From positions 1-34,828 of the IMG/VR virus record IMGVR_UViG_3300044501_000010: DNA of 34,828 bases, one strand, 5' to 3'. Positions 16,391-24,848 of the stretch are shown here, piece by piece (the stretch's first letter is position 1; the number at the start of each line of letters is the position of its first letter). The notes under the pieces were generated by a model, which did not search any database, had not been told where the DNA came from, and worked only from the letters and a program-made list of their open reading frames with translations. The stretch is from a virus. Lineage: Duplodnaviria > Caudoviricetes. Made by a program: the position numbers and the translations under genes.

Positions 16391-17380
16391 ATGAGCGAAA
16401 ACGATGAAGTAAAGACGACGGCCGCCGTAGTCGATGCGGCCGTGACGCCCGTGCTGCCGGCCGTGGAGATCATGGCCCCCGCGGGCCACCGGGCCCTGAG
16501 CTTTGTCGAGAGCGAGGCGCAGCCGATCGCCCTGGGCGGATGGGCCTTCGAGGACTTCAAGCAGCTGCTCGTGTTTGCGACGCAGATCGCCGAGGAATTG
16601 CGCCAAGTGATCCGGCAACACGAGGGCCTGGTCGTCTACATCAAGGGCGCGAAGAAGCCGCATATCACCGTCTCGGCCTGGTCGACGATGCTCGCCATGC
16701 TGGGCGTCGTGCCAGTCGAGGTCCGCACGACAGTCGACGAGCGCGGCGTGTATACCGCCTACGTCGAGTTGCGCCGGGTCCGGGACGGGGCACTGGTCGG
16801 GGGCGGATCGGCCGAGTGCGGCAATCCCGACGAGACTGACCGTGAAGGCCGGCCGACTTGGGCCGACCGGGCCGCGTTTGCCCGGCATTCGATGGCAATC
16901 ACTCGGGCGACCGGGAAGGCCGCGAGGCTCTCCTTCGCCTGGATCGTCGAGATGGCCGGCTATGCCCCCCGCGCCGCGGAGGAAATGCCCGGCTTCGAGC
17001 CGGATTCCGACGAGGCCGGCGAGACCATCAAGCGCTACGAGAACCAGTGGGAGGAGCCAGTGATCTCCTTCCTGGTCTCGACCCAGTTGGTGGACGGCGA
17101 CACCGAGCGGAAGGCGGCTGTCTCGGCCCGTCATATCCTGAACTACGCGCCGTTCCGCGAAGTCCCGTTCGGCAAGCTCGACGTCGTCGATGCCGTCGCC
17201 TGGGTGTACGGCTGGCGCCAGGCCCGGGAGAAGCACCCGAGCATGAAGCCGGCCCTGCTGGCGGGGGTCGTGCTCGGGGGCTGGAACGATGTGCCGGTCA
17301 AGGCCGAGTGGATCAACTGGGCTCTGGATCAGATCCCGCCTGAATCGCCGAAGGGAGGGCAACGTGCCCCCGCGCGGTGA
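16391..17380 (+). CDS. Putative single-strand annealing recombinase (Rad52/RecT-like superfamily)
   Basis: IKG.KKPHI.V..W, GSAEC, SMAITRATGKAAR..F.W and GY.P..AEEM motifs. Confidence 0.6.
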   Translation: MSENDEVKTTAAVVDAAVTPVLPAVEIMAPAGHRALSFVESEAQPIALGGWAFEDFKQLLVFATQIAEELRQVIRQHEGLVVYIKGAKKPHITVSAWSTMLAMLGVVPVEVRTTVDERGVYTAYVELRRVRDGALVGGGSAECGNPDETDREGRPTWADRAAFARHSMAITRATGKAARLSFAWIVEMAGYAPRAAEEMPGFEPDSDEAGETIKRYENQWEEPVISFLVSTQLVDGDTERKAAVSARHILNYAPFREVPFGKLDVVDAVAWVYGWRQAREKHPSMKPALLAGVVLGGWNDVPVKAEWINWALDQIPPESPKGGQRAPAR

Positions 17381-17654
17381 CACTGTGATTCAAGAGTTCA
17401 TCGAGCACCTGGTCGAGGACTTCATGAAGCGCCTCGAGCGGAAGACCGGATGGGGCAAGAACGAAGTCCGCGAGGAGTTCCTGCAATCGCTCGCCGCCGC
17501 GGCAATCGCCACCGCGAGCGATACCTTTCAAGCCGTGTCGGCCACGCAGAGCCGGCTTGGAAACCATGCAGACTTGACCCCACACCAAGCCGAGATCGCC
17601 CGATTGACCGCTAAAGGCTGGACGTTCAAGGAGACCTATGGCCCGAAGGACTGA
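17364..17654 (+). CDS. Hypothetical protein
   Basis: GGGAGG RBS before GTG 17364 (alternative GTG 17385); LERKTGWGKNEV. Confidence 0.6.
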   Translation: MPPRGDTVIQEFIEHLVEDFMKRLERKTGWGKNEVREEFLQSLAAAAIATASDTFQAVSATQSRLGNHADLTPHQAEIARLTAKGWTFKETYGPKD

Positions 17655-17919
17655 TGCCTCTCGGGTCCAGGAAGCCCGCGATCTCCTGAAGTCGCCATTC
17701 CCTACTGAGTCTGACGACCCGTTCCATTTGACGGTCCGCCAAGCCCAGGTCGCCAAGCTCGCCGCGATGGGGGCGACGACCGAGGAGATCGCGGCCGATC
17801 TTGGGATCCCGGCGAACACGGTCGGCTCCCACATGCGCGACGTGAAGCGTAAGACGGGAATGGGGAAGTTCGAATTGACCCGGTGGGTGTTCGATCAGCT
17901 GCGGGAAATCCTAAGATGA
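17638..17919 (+). CDS. LuxR-type HTH regulator
   Basis: LTVRQAQVAKLAAMGATTEEIAADLGIPANTVGSHMRDVKRKTG; AGGAG RBS. Confidence 0.85.
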   Translation: MARRTDASRVQEARDLLKSPFPTESDDPFHLTVRQAQVAKLAAMGATTEEIAADLGIPANTVGSHMRDVKRKTGMGKFELTRWVFDQLREILR

Positions 17920-17993
17920 ATTTGCCGGCTGGCCCGCCCGCGACATGGCTATCGTCGGCTCCTTGGGGCTCGGCGGCGGGCTGGCGGGGTCCG

Positions 17994-18002
17994 TGCTAGA
18001 AT
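17994..18002 (+). promoter_or_regulatory. Extended -10 element (TGcTAGAAT)
   Basis: Intergenic; identical to the 15883 element; no -35 seen. Confidence 0.45.
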
Positions 18003-18123
18003 GCTCCCGCGGTACGTGCCAAGCGCCCCTCGGGGACCCGGTCCTCAAGAGACTCCTTCCAAGGCTCCTTTGATACCGCAGCCGGGTTCCCGAGGCGTGC
18101 CGGGCTCACAGGAAGGAGTCTCA

Positions 18124-18435
18124 ATGTCCCCTCGTCCTCATCCGTTATCGATAAGACCCTATAACGAAGTCGTGCTGGCTGGAAAACCCGCAGCCCAGCG
18201 CCAGCGAATCTCGGCCTCCCTCGAAGTCCATGGGCCACTGAACCGCCGGATGATCGCACAGGCAGTGCGACTTCCGATCAGCAGCGTTTGCTGGCGCGTC
18301 AAAGGCATGCTGCAATCCGACCTGCTACGGGTAGCCTACGTCAGCGAAGATCCGGTCACTGGCCAGGAGACCGAGTTCCTCGAAACGATCTGGCCGCAGC
18401 TCAAGCAGAAGTCCTTTGAGGGGTTCCTGCGATGA
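18124..18435 (+). CDS. Winged-helix DNA-binding protein
   Basis: GGAAGGAG RBS before ATG 18124; GPLNRRMIAQAVRLPISSVCWRVKGMLQSDLLRV. Confidence 0.75.
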   Translation: MSPRPHPLSIRPYNEVVLAGKPAAQRQRISASLEVHGPLNRRMIAQAVRLPISSVCWRVKGMLQSDLLRVAYVSEDPVTGQETEFLETIWPQLKQKSFEGFLR

Positions 18436-19163
18436 GCACAGGGCCAAAATTGTCTGGAATCTATACGATTGTCCATGTCACGAGTGGCCAAATCTATGTA
18501 GGCCAAGCGCAAAATATCCCTGAACGTCTACGGATTCATCGTCAGGTGCTACGTAGAGGGACACATAAAAATCACTATCTGCAAAATGCTTGGAATAAGC
18601 ATGGCGAAGAAAGGTTCAAGTTCAATCCGCTCATCATTTGCCCAATTTCGGAACTAACACGACTTGAACAAATGGCGCTCAATATTGTGCCAGCGCCTCT
18701 TCGCTATAACTTCTCGTTCGATGTTTCAGCACCCAGAAGAGGCGTGGTTACATCTCTAGAGACACGGCGCAAACTGAGTGAAATTAACAGAGCGGAGAAT
18801 CATCCAAACTGGGGGAAACCGCGTTCGGAAGAAATTCGTCACCGAATCGGCAAAGGCCAGATCGGAATCAAGAACCATAATTGGGGTAAGAGTGCATCTC
18901 CTGAAGCACGCGCCAAAATGAGTGCTAACCGGGCAGGAAAGCTAAAGTCCGATGAACATAAGCGGCATATCGGTGAGGCCCATAAGCGGAGAATAAGTCT
19001 AGAACTTCACGGTTCGAAATTGAGTATTGATCAAGTACGCGAAATCAAAGAACTCTACAAAGAAGTTTATTGGAGTCAATCAAGATTAGCGGTCAAATAC
19101 GGTATTACTCAAACCATGATCTCTAAAATCATAACGGGTAAATGTTGGGGTTATGTCTCCTAA
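18432..19163 (+). CDS. GIY-YIG homing endonuclease with NUMOD3-like repeats and C-terminal HTH
   Basis: SGIYTI...IYVGQA..I.ER...H...L..G.H.N..LQNAWNKHG; repeated NHPNWGKPRSEE / NHNWGKSASPE; visibly lower GC than the flanks. Confidence 0.9.
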   Translation: MSTGPKLSGIYTIVHVTSGQIYVGQAQNIPERLRIHRQVLRRGTHKNHYLQNAWNKHGEERFKFNPLIICPISELTRLEQMALNIVPAPLRYNFSFDVSAPRRGVVTSLETRRKLSEINRAENHPNWGKPRSEEIRHRIGKGQIGIKNHNWGKSASPEARAKMSANRAGKLKSDEHKRHIGEAHKRRISLELHGSKLSIDQVREIKELYKEVYWSQSRLAVKYGITQTMISKIITGKCWGYVS

Positions 19164-19335
19164 AGTCCCCACGGAAACAACTGGAATTCCGGTCGGCCTC
19201 TATTCCGTCTTGGCTGTGACCGATCTGCGGATCAAACGATCAGGCAAACCCTGGCGGACGGTGAGGGCGATGGCCTGGCGGCCGGAGGAGCTGGCGGAGT
19301 TTTTGCACCAAATGTTGGACCAGCGGCAGAAGTAG
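19153..19335 (+). CDS. Hypothetical protein
   Basis: 60 aa, overlapping the end of the GIY-YIG gene. Confidence 0.5.
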   Translation: MSPKVPTETTGIPVGLYSVLAVTDLRIKRSGKPWRTVRAMAWRPEELAEFLHQMLDQRQK

Positions 19336-19392
19336 GCCGAACGCGTGGCGCTGGCTTGCTCTGAAAGAAAAGTGTAGTAGTATGATGGCATC

Positions 19393-19564
19393 ATGGCTGC
19401 ACACCATGCGCTTCGGCGCACATATCGACCCACTTTCAGGCGGTGGACCTGCAGCTCAAAAAACGGTGTTGCAGCCATCGTTGCGGGATCACCGCCGGAG
19501 AGTGGGCCGATTTGCTTTAACAGACACCCCTAACGGGCGGCGCCAGCCGCCTGCCGCAGGCGGT
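19393..19564 (+). ncRNA. Candidate structured RNA / regulatory leader
   Basis: Several complementary segments including a cUUCGg hairpin; promoter-like TTGCTC..TAGTAT/TATGAT just upstream; no convincing ORF. Confidence 0.4.
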
Positions 19565-19773
19565 CAGCGTTTCATAGCAGCGATAGCCTGGAAACTGCGG
19601 GTCGGCTCCGTGTCAAGAACGTGCGGCGCGTTTCAAAGCTCCCGACAACCCCAGATTCCGGAAGGAGCGGGATAGTGGGAGCGACCGGCAACACATCAGC
19701 GACACGCCCCGAATCGGAGAAAAGGCGCCAGCGAGGTCGGATAGGGCATCCGGGACCGTTTGAGCGAAGCGCC

Positions 19774-20133
19774 GTGCCTCCGATAGGTGAAGATAGCCGC
19801 GTCTTAGGTCTAACCAATCCTGATCCAGTTGGAGAACTACTAGGAACAGGATACCTAAGATTTCAATCGCCGACCGGTATCGACGGCTTAGCGAAAGAGA
19901 ACGGGGATCGACTTGACTTGCTGGCAATCAACGCGTTGATTCCTGGCATAGGTCAGTTTCGCAGGTTCATTCGGCGATGCAAGCGGGAGTACGAAACGAT
20001 CTGTATCTGGGAAGTATGGAATTCATGGCTGCCTGAAGTCTTGCAACAATACGGATTTCGGGCCCACTCGGAAAAGGATCGCGATACAGGAGAACGGCTT
20101 GAGGGCTATCGCTATGATGCCGGGCGAAGGTGA
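19774..20133 (+). CDS. Hypothetical protein, possibly GNAT-like fold (start uncertain)
   Basis: LDLLAINALIPGIGQFRRFI...IWEVWN..L...LQQYGF resembles acetyltransferase motifs A/B; the region upstream of GTG 19774 looks non-coding. Confidence 0.45.
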   Translation: MPPIGEDSRVLGLTNPDPVGELLGTGYLRFQSPTGIDGLAKENGDRLDLLAINALIPGIGQFRRFIRRCKREYETICIWEVWNSWLPEVLQQYGFRAHSEKDRDTGERLEGYRYDAGRR

Positions 20134-20181
20134 GCCAGATAGTCGTCGCTTGAGGGGCCGATAAATTCCCCAAACCCTGTC

Positions 20182-20511
20182 TTGCGCTTCGATTACGTCT
20201 GGAACGCGGGCGACACGCCGGAGGTCGTGCTGCGGGCCCTGGCCGCGCTCGGCGATCAGCCGCTGCGAGTGCAGTGGACGGGCGGTGCCGGAGGCTCAAT
20301 CGAGCGGGACGTCCACCCTTGGACGAAGCTCGAGCGCTGGAAGCTGCACTCGTTCGACAAGCGGGAGCTCGAAGCGATGGGCGCCTGGCTCTCGGCCGCG
20401 CTTGGGACCATCGCCCTCGAGCTCGTCGATCTCCTGGTTGAGACCGTCTACCAAGATGGGCTCGGCTGGGTGGGCTGGCTGTTCTGGCACCGGAAGGAAA
20501 TCGAGCCATGA
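20182..20511 (+). CDS. Hypothetical protein
   Basis: 109 aa with high GC3 codon pattern; the TTG start is uncertain. Confidence 0.55.
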   Translation: MRFDYVWNAGDTPEVVLRALAALGDQPLRVQWTGGAGGSIERDVHPWTKLERWKLHSFDKRELEAMGAWLSAALGTIALELVDLLVETVYQDGLGWVGWLFWHRKEIEP

Positions 20512-20549
20512 AAGGAAATCAGCAGGCGAGGGTCCCGCAAGGAGGAACC

Positions 20550-20687
20550 ATGAGACGCTGGTTATATCGGATGGCCCGCTTGCTGGGCGATGTGCAGGCG
20601 GTAGCGAGCGGATCGCCGAAGCGAATCGCCCGGCGGATCGCGAACAAATGGATCGGGCGGAATATAGCCAAAAGATTGTGGCGATGA
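20550..20687 (+). CDS. Small basic protein (45 aa; not in the ORF track)
   Basis: AGGAGG RBS; [45 protein letters not shown]; ATGA overlap with the next gene. Confidence 0.7.
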   Translation: MRRWLYRMARLLGDVQAVASGSPKRIARRIANKWIGRNIAKRLWR

Positions 20688-21388
20688 ATACCCAATTAGC
20701 GATCCCCACTATGACCGCGGTCGAGCGGATGCCGCTCGAGCAGGTACTCTCGGAAGTCTACCCGGCCGCCCTGCTCGCGCTGGACAAGGCCGACGGCGCG
20801 GCCGAGGCGAACGAGGTCCGGGCCCGGATCGAGGCGGTGGTGACGTACGTCAACCGGATGATCCCGATGCAAGTCCGCTCGCGCGCTAAGCAGCTCAAGG
20901 TCGCCAACCGTGGGAATCGGACTTATCTCGAGGCCTGCCGAATCGTCGGGCATTATTGGGAATTGATCGCCCGTCCGCCGGGTCGCCCAAAAACTGTGCA
21001 CGAATTCACAGTTTTGAGTCCCGAGGAAGCCGGTTTCGCCGACCGCTGGGATGCCCGCCGGTGCGTGAAGGCCTCGCTGCTCCACGAGGAGGACCTGCGG
21101 ACCTATTTCCTGGAGTGCGACAAGGGTGGCCGCCAGTACACCCTGTCCGGGCTGGTCTCGGTATTCGATCTGCTGAACCCCGGCGAAGGCGGCGAGGGCG
21201 TCGAGTTCTCGACCCGGCCCCTGGCGAAATTCCTGTCCGACACCGCGGTCAAGATCGAGAAGCGGGCAGGCGACGTGGCGCCCGAAGTCCAGGAACTCAT
21301 GCTCGCCGCGGCCAGCTCGCTGCGCGAAGCGATCCCGCTGGTCCCTGAAGAGGAGCCGAAGGAGGAGATCAATGAACCCGGCGGATGA
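20684..21388 (+). CDS. Hypothetical helical protein
   Basis: Likely start ATG 20684 (MNTQLAIP); resembles helical domains often found N-terminal to phage methyltransferases (from recall), but has no catalytic domain. Confidence 0.6.
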   Translation: MNTQLAIPTMTAVERMPLEQVLSEVYPAALLALDKADGAAEANEVRARIEAVVTYVNRMIPMQVRSRAKQLKVANRGNRTYLEACRIVGHYWELIARPPGRPKTVHEFTVLSPEEAGFADRWDARRCVKASLLHEEDLRTYFLECDKGGRQYTLSGLVSVFDLLNPGEGGEGVEFSTRPLAKFLSDTAVKIEKRAGDVAPEVQELMLAAASSLREAIPLVPEEEPKEEINEPGG

Positions 21389-21599
21389 GCGGCGGATCGA
21401 GATGCTATGGACCGTGCTGCAGGTGGGGCGCGTCGATCTGGTGATCGAGGGCTGGCCCAAGTGCTACCGGGTGAGTGTCCCGCGGGTGAAGGCCGATCTG
21501 CGCCGGGTGAGGGCAGCCCTGTCCAGCGCGACCGGAGGCCCCGAGTCCGGCGACGTTTTCCTGATGGGAAAGCTGCGGGTGCTGCTATGTCTGAATTGA
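21372..21599 (+). CDS. Hypothetical protein
   Basis: AGGAGGAG RBS; 75 aa. Confidence 0.6.
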   Translation: MNPADERRIEMLWTVLQVGRVDLVIEGWPKCYRVSVPRVKADLRRVRAALSSATGGPESGDVFLMGKLRVLLCLN

Positions 21600-21853
21600 C
21601 TTCGTCCGACTGGGTCAGCGGCGGGGCGATCGCCTCGGGCTCGATCGATGCGGATGTTTTCGCCGCGGGCGCGATCGACGCGGCGACCATTGCGATCGAT
21701 GGGCTCGGCGTCGCGATGAGGGAGTTGGCCGGTCAGCGTGCCCCCAAGCCGAAGCCGCCGACCGCCGGGCAGGATCCCCGCTGCGAATGGTGCGGGATGC
21801 GGGCCCCTTCCGATCGACGGGGCGGCTGTGGCGCGTGCGGAGCGCCCCGGTGA
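21587..21853 (+). CDS. Small zinc-ribbon protein with a fibre-like repeat
   Basis: ATG 21587; C-terminal CEWCG...CGACGAP; GTGA coupling to the next gene. Confidence 0.6.
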   Translation: MSELTSSDWVSGGAIASGSIDADVFAAGAIDAATIAIDGLGVAMRELAGQRAPKPKPPTAGQDPRCEWCGMRAPSDRRGGCGACGAPR

Positions 21854-22557
21854 AGCCTGGAAGTCTGGCGCCATCGATGACTCAGCTGCGGGCCCTGGTT
21901 GAATTGGCCCGGCCCGGAACCCGGTTGATCGTCAACGACCGGGTCGCTAAGTGGATCCATGCGGCCTCAAAGCTCCGGGCGGGCGGGGTGCGGCCGGCGA
22001 CCGCGCAGTCGCTCGTCCGGGCCGGCTGGATTCAGCAAGTCGGCAGCGTCAGCATGTACTACGAGATCTCGGCGGCGGGCATGAAGATCGCCGCGGGTCT
22101 GGGCCCGGAGGACCTCCCCCCGCTCGGCGCCTCGAAGGCCGGCCTAGCGCCGGTAGATCTGCTGCGGGCCCTGGAGCGCCGGCATCCCTTTCCTGCCTGG
22201 GTCCTGGCCACTGAGGTCGAGATCGGCCTGGGCGAGCGCCGGCGGGTCGACGTACTGGCCGTGTCCGGGATCGAGGTCATCGCTTACGAGCTCAAGGTAT
22301 CCCGATCCGATTTCGAGCGCGAACTCGAGGATCCCAGAAAACGGGCGCGGGCGATGGAGCTCGCGTCGTCGTTCTACTTCTGCGCTCCGGTCGGGTTGAT
22401 CAATATCATCGAGCTCCCGCCCCGGACCGGCCTGATGGAGGTCCATGCACTCGGCGGCTCGCACGTCGAGCACAATGCCGAGCGGAAGGAACCCGAGCGC
22501 CCTGACTGGCCGCTGGTCGCCGCCATCTTGCGGGCGGCCGCGACTCGTTGGGGTTAG
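21850..22557 (+). CDS. MmcB-like PD-(D/E)xK nuclease-family protein
   Basis: RRVDVLAV....YELKVSRSDF..EL..P.K....FYFCAP.GL....ELP..TGLMEV. Confidence 0.75.
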   Translation: MKPGSLAPSMTQLRALVELARPGTRLIVNDRVAKWIHAASKLRAGGVRPATAQSLVRAGWIQQVGSVSMYYEISAAGMKIAAGLGPEDLPPLGASKAGLAPVDLLRALERRHPFPAWVLATEVEIGLGERRRVDVLAVSGIEVIAYELKVSRSDFERELEDPRKRARAMELASSFYFCAPVGLINIIELPPRTGLMEVHALGGSHVEHNAERKEPERPDWPLVAAILRAAATRWG

Positions 22558-22572
22558 CATTCCAGAGAAGAT

Positions 22573-23820
22573 ATGATCGCCCAAGCTGATTGTTTCCGCA
22601 TCCCGCTTCCAAACAAGAGCGTTCATTGCGTTGTCACCTCTCCTCCCTACTGGGGCCTGCGCAAGTACGCCGGCTATCAAGGCGAAGAGCCATTGGGCCT
22701 GGAGGCAACTCCCGAGCGCCACATTGAGCGTACCGTTCAGTGGGCGCGGGAGGTCTACCGGGTGCTGAGGGATGATGGCGTGTTTTGGCTAAATTATGGT
22801 GATGTCTTTTCCGGTGGGGGCAGGGGCGGCAGCGAGACTGCAAAGCAGGCCAGCAATAGAGGGAGCAGACAAGCAGACCGAGGCTATCTTGGCATTCCTC
22901 CGGGTAGCCTCATGCTCATGCCCCACCGGATCGCCCTCGCCTTGCAAAATGACGGCTGGATCGTGCGCCAGGACCTTGTGTGGGCCAAGCCCAACCCGAT
23001 GCCGGAGAGCGTGGCTGGTTGGAGATGGAATCAGATTAGCCCTCCAGAATTTCCCGACATAGATGCTGGGGAGATTGAACTCCGCCGCGGCTCCTGGAGG
23101 CACACCCGAGCCCACGAGTACGTCTTCATGCTCGTCAAATCAATGGGCTACTGGGCGGACCAGGAGGTGGTGAGGCAGGCCACGAGCGACAACACGCATA
23201 GCAGAGGTGTCAAGCGCGATCCACCCATTGATCACGCTGAGCAGGGACACGCTGATTGGGTGGCCTACATGGATCAAGATGGCGAGGTCGCTGAGGCGGG
23301 CCGCAACCCCCGCTCCGTCCTCCATATCCCAACCGCGCAGTACAAGGGCGCTCACTATGCCACCTTTCCGCCAGCCCTCATCACGCCGCTCATTCTAGCC
23401 ACCTGCCCCCGCTGGTGCTGCCCAGTGTGCGGGCAGGGATGGGCGCCGGTGGTGGAGCATTCTCTTAGCTTCGAGAGCGGATCGGGGAAGGCGGGCAATC
23501 CGCCCAATGGCAAATGGGCAGGCAGCGAGCGGCTCGGTACGAATGACATGCGAATGGGTCCAACGCCACACAATAACGTCCTCGGCCACCGCCCCACTTG
23601 CGACCACCCGCACACTCAGGCCGAGGCCGTGCCAGGTATCATCTGCGACCCATTTGTCGGGTCGGGCACAACGCTGATGGTAGGCAAGCAGCTCTTGCGT
23701 CGAGCGATTGGCTTCGATTTGTCCAGACCATATCTCCGAGATCAAGCGCTGATAAGAGCTGGCGGCGTTCCCTCCGATCAGAAGTTCGATGAGCTTCCCT
23801 TGTTTGCAGGAAAGGAATGA
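22573..23820 (+). CDS. N4-cytosine/N6-adenine DNA methyltransferase (beta class) with a Cys-rich insert
   Basis: VTSPPYWGLR, WAKPNPMPES, HYATFP, CPVCG and DPFVGSGTT. Confidence 0.92.
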   Translation: MIAQADCFRIPLPNKSVHCVVTSPPYWGLRKYAGYQGEEPLGLEATPERHIERTVQWAREVYRVLRDDGVFWLNYGDVFSGGGRGGSETAKQASNRGSRQADRGYLGIPPGSLMLMPHRIALALQNDGWIVRQDLVWAKPNPMPESVAGWRWNQISPPEFPDIDAGEIELRRGSWRHTRAHEYVFMLVKSMGYWADQEVVRQATSDNTHSRGVKRDPPIDHAEQGHADWVAYMDQDGEVAEAGRNPRSVLHIPTAQYKGAHYATFPPALITPLILATCPRWCCPVCGQGWAPVVEHSLSFESGSGKAGNPPNGKWAGSERLGTNDMRMGPTPHNNVLGHRPTCDHPHTQAEAVPGIICDPFVGSGTTLMVGKQLLRRAIGFDLSRPYLRDQALIRAGGVPSDQKFDELPLFAGKE

Positions 23821-23927
23821 TTTTGAGCGTTCCCTCAGTCGTCGTCCTATTCATCATGGCCGCGATCTTCGTACTGGAGCCGGTGCTTCGGATGGGACTG
23901 TCGCTGATTGAGCGGCTGCTCCGGTGA
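23817..23927 (+). CDS. Small hydrophobic peptide (36 aa; not in the ORF track)
   Basis: ATGA and GTGA coupling on both sides; MILSVPSVVVLFIMAAIFVLEPVLRMGLSLIERLLR. Confidence 0.6.
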   Translation: MILSVPSVVVLFIMAAIFVLEPVLRMGLSLIERLLR

Positions 23928-24235
23928 CCCGGCCAGGTCAAGCCCATGGCCATAGCGACGCGAACCAGGCCGAGATCGTGGCCGCCCTCCGGCGGGTTGG
24001 CGCCAAGGTCTATCACATTGAGTGGCCGGTCGACCTGTTGGTCGTATTCCGCGGCCTGGTCTATCTCATCGAGGTCAAGGGTCCGAAGGGCCGACTCACC
24101 GCCAAGCAAAAGGAGCTCGTTCGGGAAATGGCCGAGGCGGGTTACTGGCCGCCGGTCGTGCGGTCGATTGAGGAAGCGCTAACCGCGATCGGCGCCGATG
24201 CCGGAGTTCAAGACAACTTGCCAGATGCGTTATAA
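23924..24235 (+). CDS. VRR-NUC domain nuclease (Holliday junction resolvase-like)
   Basis: DANQAEIVAALR..G..V, PVDLLV, LIEVK...GRLT..Q. Confidence 0.85.
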   Translation: MTRPGQAHGHSDANQAEIVAALRRVGAKVYHIEWPVDLLVVFRGLVYLIEVKGPKGRLTAKQKELVREMAEAGYWPPVVRSIEEALTAIGADAGVQDNLPDAL

Positions 24236-24246
24236 CAGCGTAATAT
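24218..24246 (+). promoter_or_regulatory. Sigma70-type promoter with a palindromic spacer
   Basis: TTGCCA-17 nt-TAATAT; the spacer contains the palindrome GTTATAAC. Confidence 0.6.
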
Positions 24247-24331
24247 TAGGTAAGGTTCCCTCAGGGATGGCTTTGGATCAAACATACAGGACCGGGCAGA
24301 AAACCCAGGGAATGGCACTCAAAGCCCTATC

Positions 24332-24601
24332 ATGCCAAAGACCCGGCGGCCGATTTTTATCTATCTGATGACGACAAAGGCAGAGATTCAGAGATTATAC
24401 GAAGCGCTCAATACATGGCAGGCAGTAGGAGAAAAGCTCGGCATCAATAAGGCAGTCGCTTACCGCTACGCCAATGAACCCGAATGGGAACCAAGGCGAG
24501 CGGATCTTCGGAAGGCCCTTGGATTACCTAGAATTGAATTGATCCGACAGAGACGTGGCCCTAAAGGTACGTTTGAGCAAAAGGAGAAACGAGAAGGATG
24601 A
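24332..24601 (+). CDS. Cro-like HTH protein
   Basis: TWQAVGEKLGINKAVAYRYAN; alternative start ATG 24368. Confidence 0.7.
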   Translation: MPKTRRPIFIYLMTTKAEIQRLYEALNTWQAVGEKLGINKAVAYRYANEPEWEPRRADLRKALGLPRIELIRQRRGPKGTFEQKEKREG

Positions 24602-24789
24602 AACAAGCCAAGTCCGGGAAGATCAAATGGCCCAAGACTTACTCGGTTAAGCGGTTGAAGCAGATGGATCGGAAGGCTGTGCTAAGGTACGCCAGAGACT
24701 TGCATGATGCCTACGCTGAAAAGTATCGGCGCAGCATGGAGTGGGATCTGTACTGGGCCGAGTTCTACCGCAAGCTCCTGAAGAAATGA
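24598..24789 (+). CDS. Small basic hypothetical protein
   Basis: ATGA coupling; 63 aa. Confidence 0.6.
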   Translation: MKQAKSGKIKWPKTYSVKRLKQMDRKAVLRYARDLHDAYAEKYRRSMEWDLYWAEFYRKLLKK

Positions 24790-24791
24790 CA

Positions 24792-24817
24792 AGAGCCGGG
24801 GACGCCATCCCGGCTCT
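24792..24817. terminator. Hairpin between the converging early and late arms
   Basis: AGAGCCGGG / CCCGGCTCT 9-bp stem with an 8-nt loop, between stops at 24789 (+) and 24849 (-). Confidence 0.6.
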
Positions 24818-24848
24818 CGCCGTCTGAGGAGGAGAGGAAGAACCGCGA

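Noticed and set aside
18432-19800. Group I intron housing the GIY-YIG gene
   Set aside because: I found no interrupted host gene and could not identify the conserved P7 core. An Infernal search would be needed to exclude it fully.
20285-20683. N-terminal 133 aa of the 367-aa ORF in the track
   Set aside because: It overlaps two better-supported ORFs (20182-20511 and 20550-20687); the coupled ATG at 20684 is the likelier start.
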